Source: Chlorobiota bacterium
Lineage (GTDB): Bacteria > Bacteroidota > Bacteroidia > Bacteroidales > JAADGE01
Direction of reading: 5' to 3'
Assembly (NCBI GenBank): GCA_013153865.1
Contig: JAADDR010000096.1
Location: forward strand, 3,729 to 67,728
Length of the DNA stretch: 64,000 bases
Below, one piece after another: positions 36,377 through 44,597 of this stretch. A program made the position numbers and the translations under genes. Each line of letters starts with the position of its first letter. Within the stretch, counting starts at the first letter, position 1. Below the pieces are notes generated by a model. The model saw nothing but the letters and a program-made list of their open reading frames with translations. It was not told where the DNA came from and made no database searches.

Positions 36377-38926
36377 ATGAAAAAACATCAAACAATATAC
36401 CTGTCGGCAATTATTATATCTCTGTTTTTCATTTCGATAACAAACTCTTACTCTCAAAAAACAACAAGAATAAGAGGAAAAGTGATAAATGCCGAAACCA
36501 AAGAACCGATACCGTTTGCAAATATCGTTTTCGTAGGAAAAAATATCGGAACAACCACTGACTACAAAGGAGAATACAGCCTGCAAACACAATGGGCTTC
36601 AAACAAAGTTCAAGCAGCTTACATCGGATTCAAAAGCAGCATCAAAAAAATTACAGTAGGAAAAAACCAAACAGTTAACTTCCAACTGCAACCCGAAAAC
36701 ATAAGCATCGGAGAAGTAGTAGTAAAATCAAAACGAAAAAGATACAGAAACAAAAATAATCCGGCAGTAGAACTAATAAAAAAAGTAATAAAAAACAAAG
36801 ACAATAACAGAAAAGAAAGTCTTGATTTCTACGAATACGAAAAATACGAAAAAATAGAATTCGACCTTAACAACATTACCGAAAAATTCAGAAAAAAAAG
36901 AGTATTCAAACAATACCAATTCATATTTAATTATGTTGACACATCCGAAATAAACGGAAAACCTTACCTGCCCGTATTTCTCAGAGAAACATTATCAAAA
37001 GTATATTACAGAAAATCACCAAAAGCATACAAAGAATATGTAACAGGTACAAAATCGGTAGGATCAAAAGAATACATAGACAGCGAAGGAACAGATATGA
37101 TGGTCGACTACTTATATCAAGACATAGACCTCTACAACAACGAAATAACACTCCTTACAAACCAATTCATAAGCCCTATATCATCAATAGCTCCGGTTGT
37201 TTACAAATTCAGAATAATAGACACAATTACCGTAAACAATCGCTCATGCATAAACCTTGCTTTCCAACCCAGAAACAAACTTGACTTCGCATTTATAGGC
37301 AACCTGTATATTACAAACGACGATAAATATTCGGTAATAAAAGCCGAAATGGGCATTACCGACGATATAAATCTGAACTTTGTTACGGACTTACACATTA
37401 ACCAAGAATTCGAATTTATAAACAACCAATGCTGGATGCTCACAAAAGACGAACTTATTATCGACTTTAACATCGCAAAAAAAGGAGCCGGAATGTTCGG
37501 AAAACGCTCGGTAATATACGATAATTACGTCTTTAACAAAAAACGCGACGAAAGCATATACTCCGGAATAGAAAAAACGGTAAAAGAAGAAAACTACGAC
37601 AAACGCGACGACGAATTCTGGAAACAAAACCGGCTCGAAAAATTAAGCAAACAAGAAGCCGACATATACACAATGGTGGACAGTGTTCAACACATGCCCG
37701 CATTCAAAAGAACAATGGACATCCTGACATTACTCGTGGCAGGATACTGGAATTTCGGAAAATTCAACCTCGGACCTGTAAACACATTCTACAGTTTCAA
37801 CGACGTAGAAGGATTCAGACTCAGAATAGGAGGAAGAACAAGCGAAAAATTCAGTAAACGCCTCAGACTCGAAGGATACGGACTATACGGATTTAAAGAC
37901 AAAAAATACAAATACTCCGGAAGCATAATATGGGCACTGAACAACAAACCCATAAAATCATCAACACGACACACAATATCGGCAATGTACCAAGTCGAAA
38001 CAAACTTTCCCGGCATGGAAATGCAATTCATCAACGAAGACAACTTCCTGCTGTCATTCAAAAGAGGCGTTGCAGACAAAATCCTATACTACGAAATGCT
38101 GAAAATCGAACATTACAGAGACTGGAAAAACGGATTCTCCACCACATTCAACCTCAAACACGTTACGCAAGAACCCGGAGGAACCCTCCGCTTCGACTAC
38201 GACGACAGATCATTAAGCTCCATAACAACAAGCGAAATTACCGCAGTAGTAAGATTTGCCCCAAACGAAAAATACATACAGGGATACAATTACAGAATAC
38301 CGATGTTCGGAAAATATCCCATAATACAAGTATCCTACACACAAGGACTTGAAGCACTGAGAAACGCAGACTTTACATACGGTAAACTCTCACTCAACCT
38401 CTTCAAACGAATACACCTTGCACCGCTCGGATTCACAAACTTCGAACTCGAAGCCGGAAAAATATTCGGATCCGAAATTCCCTTCCCGCTGATGTTCATC
38501 CACAGAGCAAATCAAACATATTCGTACCAGTTACATTCTTACAATATGATGAACTTTCTCGAATTTGTCAGCGACGAATACGTTTCCGTATTTGCAGAAC
38601 ACCACTTTTACGGATTTTTCTTCAACAAAATACCGCTGCTCAAAAGACTCAAATGGAGAGAAGTAATATCGGCAAAAGGAATATACGGAGGAGTTACCGA
38701 CAAAAACAACCCCGAAGTTACACCCGGATTAATGAAATTCCCGACTGACGAATACGGAAACACAACAACATACACATTAACACAAAAACCTTACATAGAA
38801 ATAAGCGCAGGTATCGAAAACATTTTCAAATTTTTCAGGGTTGACATCGTAAAAAGAGTTACATACCTGAACAACCCCAATGTTTCGGAATACGGTATCA
38901 GAGCCAGATTTAAATTTGACTTTTAA
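36377..38926 (+). CDS. Large putative outer-membrane protein: carboxypeptidase-regulatory-like N-domain plus uncharacterised C-terminal region (DUF5686-like)
   Basis: 849 aa. Signal peptide. IRGKVINAETKEPIPFANIVFVGKNIGTTTDYKGEYSL (CarboxypepD_reg-like). C-terminal ...YGIRARFKFDF has alternating hydrophobic residues and a terminal Phe (OMP beta-signal). Confidence 0.65.
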   Translation: MKKHQTIYLSAIIISLFFISITNSYSQKTTRIRGKVINAETKEPIPFANIVFVGKNIGTTTDYKGEYSLQTQWASNKVQAAYIGFKSSIKKITVGKNQTVNFQLQPENISIGEVVVKSKRKRYRNKNNPAVELIKKVIKNKDNNRKESLDFYEYEKYEKIEFDLNNITEKFRKKRVFKQYQFIFNYVDTSEINGKPYLPVFLRETLSKVYYRKSPKAYKEYVTGTKSVGSKEYIDSEGTDMMVDYLYQDIDLYNNEITLLTNQFISPISSIAPVVYKFRIIDTITVNNRSCINLAFQPRNKLDFAFIGNLYITNDDKYSVIKAEMGITDDINLNFVTDLHINQEFEFINNQCWMLTKDELIIDFNIAKKGAGMFGKRSVIYDNYVFNKKRDESIYSGIEKTVKEENYDKRDDEFWKQNRLEKLSKQEADIYTMVDSVQHMPAFKRTMDILTLLVAGYWNFGKFNLGPVNTFYSFNDVEGFRLRIGGRTSEKFSKRLRLEGYGLYGFKDKKYKYSGSIIWALNNKPIKSSTRHTISAMYQVETNFPGMEMQFINEDNFLLSFKRGVADKILYYEMLKIEHYRDWKNGFSTTFNLKHVTQEPGGTLRFDYDDRSLSSITTSEITAVVRFAPNEKYIQGYNYRIPMFGKYPIIQVSYTQGLEALRNADFTYGKLSLNLFKRIHLAPLGFTNFELEAGKIFGSEIPFPLMFIHRANQTYSYQLHSYNMMNFLEFVSDEYVSVFAEHHFYGFFFNKIPLLKRLKWREVISAKGIYGGVTDKNNPEVTPGLMKFPTDEYGNTTTYTLTQKPYIEISAGIENIFKFFRVDIVKRVTYLNNPNVSEYGIRARFKFDF

Positions 38927-38942
38927 AAAACAAAACAAAAAA

Positions 38943-40139
38943 ATGAGACATTTACAAAAAAGATTTGCAGAATACAATTTACCTCAAATAGCCATGAAAG
39001 AAGGCATATACGCCTTTTACCACGAAATAGAAACAGGACAGGATACTGTCGTAAAAATAAACGGAAAAGAAATACTCATGTTCGGATCCAACAGCTACCT
39101 CGGACTCACAAACCACCCCGAACTCATAAAAGCCGGACAAGAAACATTAAAACAATACGGAACCGGAGCATCAGGATCAAGACTGATGAACGGAAACCTC
39201 GACCTGCACGTAAAACTCGAAGAAAAACTCGCCGAATTTGTCTGCAAACCCGCAGCAACAATATTCAGTACCGGATTTCAAACAAACCTCGGAGTAATCT
39301 CAAGCGTGGCAGGAAGAAACGACTACATAATTGCTGACGAAAAAAACCACGCATCAATAATAGAAGGTACCAGACTCTCTTTCGGAACAACATATAAATA
39401 CAAACACAACGACATGAATTCTTTGGAAAAAGCACTCCGAAGAACTCAAAAAGGAAACAAAGATAAAATAGTTCTTATCGTTACCGACGGAATATTCAGT
39501 ATGGAAGGCGACATAGCAAAACTAGACGAAATAAGCAAACTCGCCGAAAAATACAACGCTTCGGTAATGGTTGACGATGCCCACGCACTCGGCGTAATAG
39601 GCAAAAACGGCGCAGGAACCGCCTCGCACTTCGGACTTACCGAAAAAACAGACCTTATAATGGGTACTTTCAGCAAATCTTTAGCATCTTTAGGCGGATT
39701 TATTGCCGGAGACAAAGATACCATAAACTATATAAAACACAATGCCAGATCACTGCTGTTCAGTGCAGGAATACCGCCCGCATCAGCGGCAACCGTGCTT
39801 AAAGCACTCGAAATTATTAAAGCCGAACCGGAAAGAATAGACAAACTGTGGGAAAACACAAACTACGCAAAAAAACGCCTCCTCGAAGAAAACTTCGACA
39901 TAGGCAACAGCACAACCCCAATAATTCCAATCTTTACCGGAGAAGACAATAAAACATTCATATACGCATCAATGCTTCTGGAAAAAGGAGTTTACGTAAA
40001 CCCGGTTGTACACCCGGCTGTCGAAAAAAACAAAGGAATACTCAGATTCTCGCTAATGGCAACACACACAAAAGAACAAATCGACAAAGCAATGGAAAAA
40101 TTAATCGAATGCAGAACAATTATCGAAAATTTTAAATAA
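38943..40139 (+). CDS. spt: Alpha-oxoamine synthase family PLP enzyme, probable serine palmitoyltransferase
   Basis: 398 aa. FGSNSYLGL, GSRLMNG, VDDAHALG, and the PLP-lysine context GTFSKSLASLGG. Start set at Met 38943; the ORF-track start at 38880 overlaps the upstream gene. Confidence 0.75.
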   Translation: MRHLQKRFAEYNLPQIAMKEGIYAFYHEIETGQDTVVKINGKEILMFGSNSYLGLTNHPELIKAGQETLKQYGTGASGSRLMNGNLDLHVKLEEKLAEFVCKPAATIFSTGFQTNLGVISSVAGRNDYIIADEKNHASIIEGTRLSFGTTYKYKHNDMNSLEKALRRTQKGNKDKIVLIVTDGIFSMEGDIAKLDEISKLAEKYNASVMVDDAHALGVIGKNGAGTASHFGLTEKTDLIMGTFSKSLASLGGFIAGDKDTINYIKHNARSLLFSAGIPPASAATVLKALEIIKAEPERIDKLWENTNYAKKRLLEENFDIGNSTTPIIPIFTGEDNKTFIYASMLLEKGVYVNPVVHPAVEKNKGILRFSLMATHTKEQIDKAMEKLIECRTIIENFK

Positions 40140-40184
40140 TATTGTATCCGACATTAAATATAAAACAACTAAAATTATCCTGAA

Positions 40185-41315
40185 ATGGAAAACATCCGAA
40201 TTAAAGAAGTAAAATCAAAATCCGATTTAAATAAATTTATTGCCTTTCCGGATAAATTATATAAAGGCAACAAATACAGAGTACCCCAATTACATTCCTT
40301 CGAACGCTCAACACTTATGAAAGAAAAAAATCCCGCTTTCGACTTTTGCGAAGCAAAATACTGGCTCGCATACAAAGACAACAAAATAGCGGGAAGAATA
40401 GCAGCAATACTTAACCCGAAATCAAACGAAATATGGAACGAAAAAAATATGCGTTTCGGATGGATTGACTTTATCGATGACTTCGAAGTATCTTCCGCAC
40501 TTATTAAAACCGTTGAAAATTGGGCGGCAGAAAAAGGAATGACCGCAGTTCACGGACCGCTCGGATTTACCGATATGGACCTCGAAGGAATGCTCGTGGA
40601 AGGATTTAACGAAACAGGTACACAAGCAACACTCTACAACTACCCGTATTACCCCCAACATCTCGAAAAACTCGGATACAAAAAAGACGTTGACTGGATA
40701 CAATTCGAAGTTAAAACACCGAAAGAAGTTCCCGAAAAAGTAAAAAAAATATCCGACCTGGTTCTGAAAAAATACAACCTCAGAATATTAGACGCTAAAA
40801 AACCAAAAGACATACTTCCGTATGCAAAAAGTATGTTTAACACACTGAACGAAGGATTTAAAGACCTGTACGGATACGTACCCCTAACCGAAAAACAAAT
40901 CGATTATTACATTAAAGCTTACTTCTCGATGATTAATACAAAATTCGTAAGTTTTATTATCGACGAAAAAGACGAAGTCGCAGCATTCGGAATTACGGTT
41001 TTATCGCTATCCGAAGCTCTGCAAAAAGCTAAAGGAAAACTTTTCCCCTTCGGATTTATACACATACTGAAAGCTCTTAACAAAAACACTAAAGTAGATA
41101 TGCTCTTACACGGCGTAAAACCCGAATATCAAAAAAAGGGAGTAATCGCAGTGGTATATAAAGAACTTATGGAAGCATACATAAACAACGGAGTAAAAAC
41201 AGCAATTACAAGCCATATCCTGGAAAACAACAAAGACTCATACCAAATGTTCAGCCCCTACGAAACAAGGCAACACTTAAGAAGACGCATTTATACAAGA
41301 CATTTAGAAGACTAA
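40185..41315 (+). CDS. GNAT-superfamily acyl-CoA N-acyltransferase (candidate bacterial ceramide synthase)
   Basis: 376 aa. C-terminal GNAT motif-A-like VKPEYQKKGVIAVVYKELMEAY. Located between the spt-like and SDR genes. Confidence 0.55.
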   Translation: MENIRIKEVKSKSDLNKFIAFPDKLYKGNKYRVPQLHSFERSTLMKEKNPAFDFCEAKYWLAYKDNKIAGRIAAILNPKSNEIWNEKNMRFGWIDFIDDFEVSSALIKTVENWAAEKGMTAVHGPLGFTDMDLEGMLVEGFNETGTQATLYNYPYYPQHLEKLGYKKDVDWIQFEVKTPKEVPEKVKKISDLVLKKYNLRILDAKKPKDILPYAKSMFNTLNEGFKDLYGYVPLTEKQIDYYIKAYFSMINTKFVSFIIDEKDEVAAFGITVLSLSEALQKAKGKLFPFGFIHILKALNKNTKVDMLLHGVKPEYQKKGVIAVVYKELMEAYINNGVKTAITSHILENNKDSYQMFSPYETRQHLRRRIYTRHLED

Positions 41316-41316
41316 A

Positions 41317-42309
41317 GTGAAAAAAATTTTAATTACCGGAGCAAGCGGATTCATAGGAGGATTTCTTGTAAAAGAAGCACTCGACAGAAAATACGAAACA
41401 TATGCGGGAATAAGAAAATCCGGCAGCAGAAAAAATTTATCCGACGACAAAATTAAACTTTTCATATATAAACTGTACGACAAAGAAGACTTAAAACAAA
41501 AAATAAACAAATTCGGAAAATTCGATTACGTAATACACAATGCCGGATTAACAAAATCCTGCGATAAAAAAGCATTCGAAGAAGTCAATTTCAATTACAC
41601 AAAAAACCTTATCGAAGCTCTTATCGAAACAAACAACATACCCGAAAAATTTATATACATAAGCAGCTTGGATGCCTTCGGTCCGGGAAACGAAAAAACA
41701 ATGCAACCGATAAAAATAACCGATACCCCAAAACCTCAAACACTCTACGGAAAAAGCAAACTCAAAGCCGAACAATACATAATCTCTTTACCCGAACTTA
41801 AAAGCATCATAATAAGACCTACCGGAGTTTACGGACCCGGAGAAAAAGATTACCTTCTCGCTTACAAAAGTATTAAAAACGGTCTGGAAACATATATAGG
41901 AACAACCGAACAAGCAATATCTTTTATTTACGTTAAAGATTTGGCAAGACTTATCTTTGACGCTCTCGAATCAAACATATACGGAAAAGCATATTTCGTT
42001 TCCGACTTTAAAAATTACACAACAAAAATATTTAACGAAACTGTAAAAAAATATCTTAACAAAAAAACCGTTAAAATTATATTCCCGAAAAGCATAATAA
42101 AAATTATATCTTTCATAACAGAAAACATATCATGCTTATTCGGAAAACCCGCCACCTTAAACACCGAAAAATTTAAAATAATAAGTGCTCGCAACTGGCT
42201 GTGCGACAGCACCGACACGGCAAAAGATTTCGGTTTTAAACCGGAATACGACCTCGAAAAAGGCATTAAAGAAACCTTAGATCGGTGTAAAAAAGAAAAA
42301 TTATTGTAA
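41317..42309 (+). CDS. NAD-dependent epimerase/dehydratase-family reductase (candidate ceramide/3-keto reductase)
   Basis: 330 aa with a GTG start 1 nt after the upstream stop. ILITGASGFIGG Rossmann motif and catalytic YGKSK. Confidence 0.7.
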   Translation: MKKILITGASGFIGGFLVKEALDRKYETYAGIRKSGSRKNLSDDKIKLFIYKLYDKEDLKQKINKFGKFDYVIHNAGLTKSCDKKAFEEVNFNYTKNLIEALIETNNIPEKFIYISSLDAFGPGNEKTMQPIKITDTPKPQTLYGKSKLKAEQYIISLPELKSIIIRPTGVYGPGEKDYLLAYKSIKNGLETYIGTTEQAISFIYVKDLARLIFDALESNIYGKAYFVSDFKNYTTKIFNETVKKYLNKKTVKIIFPKSIIKIISFITENISCLFGKPATLNTEKFKIISARNWLCDSTDTAKDFGFKPEYDLEKGIKETLDRCKKEKLL

Positions 42310-42330
42310 ACATTCTGAAACTAAATCTAA

Positions 42331-42864
42331 ATGCAAAAAATTTTAATCCTATTGACGGCGCTAAGCGCTTATACCCCGGCTTTTTCCCAACCGGCAGACT
42401 ATCCGGTTCCGCCGCAAACACAAAACAGATTATTTTACATACAACGTAATCTCAATAAAAACACAATTATTTATGACGTAAATTTTGATAAAAACGGAAA
42501 TATACGTAAAGACGACCCCGTGGACGTATATTGGATAAGATACGAAGAAAAAGGACAACGCATGGAATTAAGGGCTATAGAAAGAAGATTCGCTTTCGGC
42601 GAAAAATGCATACCCCTTAAATCAAACCCCGAATATTACCGGCTCAAAATTGCAGCAACAGACAAAAAAGAACTCTTACTTAAACAAACAGCTCCTTTTA
42701 AAGCCGTAGTTTACATGAAAATAAACGGAAAATACTCAAAACTTGTTCATCTTTACATCTTTGCCGACACTTCTAAATTTTGGCCCGACGTAAAATACAT
42801 AGAAATTTTCGGTAAAGACATAAAAACAGGTAAACCGACTTACGAAAAAATGATTGACCCGTAA
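42331..42864 (+). CDS. Small secreted protein of unknown function (DUF4833-like)
   Basis: 177 aa. Signal peptide MQKILILLTALSAYTPAFSQ. No catalytic motif recognised. Confidence 0.6.
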   Translation: MQKILILLTALSAYTPAFSQPADYPVPPQTQNRLFYIQRNLNKNTIIYDVNFDKNGNIRKDDPVDVYWIRYEEKGQRMELRAIERRFAFGEKCIPLKSNPEYYRLKIAATDKKELLLKQTAPFKAVVYMKINGKYSKLVHLYIFADTSKFWPDVKYIEIFGKDIKTGKPTYEKMIDP

Positions 42865-42880
42865 AATAAAATTACAACCG

Positions 42881-43798
42881 ATGTCTTTTAAAAGATTTAC
42901 GAAAAAAAATATAATCACTAATATCATTCTGGCAATTACATATGTTTTATGGAACATTTTTGTCGGAGGATTAAGAAGCGAACACGTATTCCTGATTGTT
43001 TTGTGGTTCGTAATGTTTTACGCAACGGAAAAAACGCGCAAATTCATTCTCGGATTTTCAATATTCATAATATATTGGATTATCTACGACTCAATGCGCA
43101 TATTACCGAATTATAAAGTATCGCAAGCACATATAAGACAACCCTACGAATACGAAAAATCACTGTTCGGTATAGCAGACGGCAACACATTACTTACGCC
43201 TAACGAATATTTTGCCCTATACCACAAACCCTTTTTAGACTTACTCTCCGGACTCTTTTATATAAACTGGGTACCTGTTCCTTTAGCATTCGGAGTATAT
43301 CTGTATTTCAAAGATAAGTATATTTTTACCAAATTCTCATTGGTATTTTTGCTTGTAAACATATTCGGGTTTATAATATATTACATATATCCCGCAGCTC
43401 CGCCCTGGTATGTGCAACTTTACGGTTTCGACCTGCATATCGGTGTTCCCGGAAACAGAGCCGGACTTGCACGCTTCGATAACCTTATAGGCATTCCGGT
43501 ATTCAAAAACATATATAACAAAAACGCAAACGTATTAGCGGCAATGCCTTCGCTGCATGCAACTTATCCGCTTATAGTACTGTTCTACGGAATTAAAAAA
43601 GGTCTGAAAAAAATAAATATAATATTTGCAATATTCATGTTAGGAATATGGTTCTCCGCAGTATATTCTTCTCATCATTATATCATAGACCTTATTGCGG
43701 GAGTCGTCCTTGCTCTTATCGTTATACTCCTTTTCGAAAAAATCTCCGAAAAACCTTTCTTTAACAAGAAAATACAATCTTTTATAAAACAAATTTAA
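42881..43798 (+). CDS. PAP2-superfamily membrane protein, AUR1-like inositol-phosphoceramide synthase candidate
   Basis: AMPSLHATYP and SSHHYIIDLIAG match the PAP2 C2/C3 motifs in the form seen in AUR1-type IPC synthases. About 6 TM helices. Start chosen at Met 42881, after the upstream stop. Confidence 0.7.
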   Translation: MSFKRFTKKNIITNIILAITYVLWNIFVGGLRSEHVFLIVLWFVMFYATEKTRKFILGFSIFIIYWIIYDSMRILPNYKVSQAHIRQPYEYEKSLFGIADGNTLLTPNEYFALYHKPFLDLLSGLFYINWVPVPLAFGVYLYFKDKYIFTKFSLVFLLVNIFGFIIYYIYPAAPPWYVQLYGFDLHIGVPGNRAGLARFDNLIGIPVFKNIYNKNANVLAAMPSLHATYPLIVLFYGIKKGLKKINIIFAIFMLGIWFSAVYSSHHYIIDLIAGVVLALIVILLFEKISEKPFFNKKIQSFIKQI

Positions 43799-43826
43799 CA
43801 AACCGTATTAATTAAAATTAAACAAT

Positions 43827-44408
43827 ATGAAATATCCGAAATTTTTTGACGACATTGAACACATAGTTCTTAAAGACGAATTAAGCGAATTTCTCGGAAG
43901 TACCGAAGGCGGAATAATAGACATCTCATACCTCGAAATAGTAAAAATGGCGGGGCACAGTTGCGGAGTAGTCAGCGGTGCATACCTCGCAGCCCTTTAC
44001 GGACTTAAAAAACTCTACAAATCCGAACTGCCGCAAAGAGGTAAAATAAAAGTAGAACTTAAAGGAACTCTCGAAGATAATACCGGTGTTACGGCACTCG
44101 TACTTTCCAACATTACCGGAGCCACAACCGATATGGGCTTTTTAGGAGTGCAAGGAAAATTTAACCGCAGAAATCTTTTGTTTTTCGGAGCAGATATTAA
44201 CGCCGACATAAAATTTACGCGCATCGATACGGGCGAAAGCACAGAAGTTAATTACACGCCCCAAAAAGTAGTAGTTCCCAAAAAAGTGCTAATGACAGCC
44301 ATAGGTCCGGACGCAACCGAAGAAGACAAAAAAACATTCCCCGAACGTTGGCAAAAAATGGTCCAAACAATATTTGAGAATGCCGATAAAGTAATAGAAG
44401 TAAAATAA
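43827..44408 (+). CDS. Hypothetical protein, FmdE-N-domain-like
   Basis: 193 aa. KMAGHSCGVVSGAYLAALYG loosely resembles the FmdE HGHxCPGxxxG motif. Last gene before the operon terminator. Confidence 0.45.
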   Translation: MKYPKFFDDIEHIVLKDELSEFLGSTEGGIIDISYLEIVKMAGHSCGVVSGAYLAALYGLKKLYKSELPQRGKIKVELKGTLEDNTGVTALVLSNITGATTDMGFLGVQGKFNRRNLLFFGADINADIKFTRIDTGESTEVNYTPQKVVVPKKVLMTAIGPDATEEDKKTFPERWQKMVQTIFENADKVIEVK

Positions 44409-44468
44409 CTATTCATTTTGCAAACAAAATATTATCCGTTTGCAACAACCCGCAAACATTAAAAAAAT

Positions 44469-44512
44469 TACCCCGTCTTTAACAAAATTCTATAATTTCG
44501 GGGTATTTTTTT
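44469..44512 (+). terminator. Putative terminator of the 11-gene operon
   Basis: Stem taccccg / cggggta with a long 23-nt loop, followed by a T7 run. Confidence 0.5.
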
Positions 44513-44597
44513 AACTCAATTAAGAAGGAAAAGGCAACAACACAGCCGGAAGCGAGTATTTCAAATAACTTTCGGGAGTGCCTATTATATAATTTCT

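Noticed and set aside
38880-38942. Upstream extension of the spt-like ORF, as listed in the ORF track.
   Set aside because: The extension overlaps the last 47 nt of the 849-aa gene and encodes non-conserved-looking residues. The Met at 38943 gives an N-terminus and length typical of alpha-oxoamine synthases.
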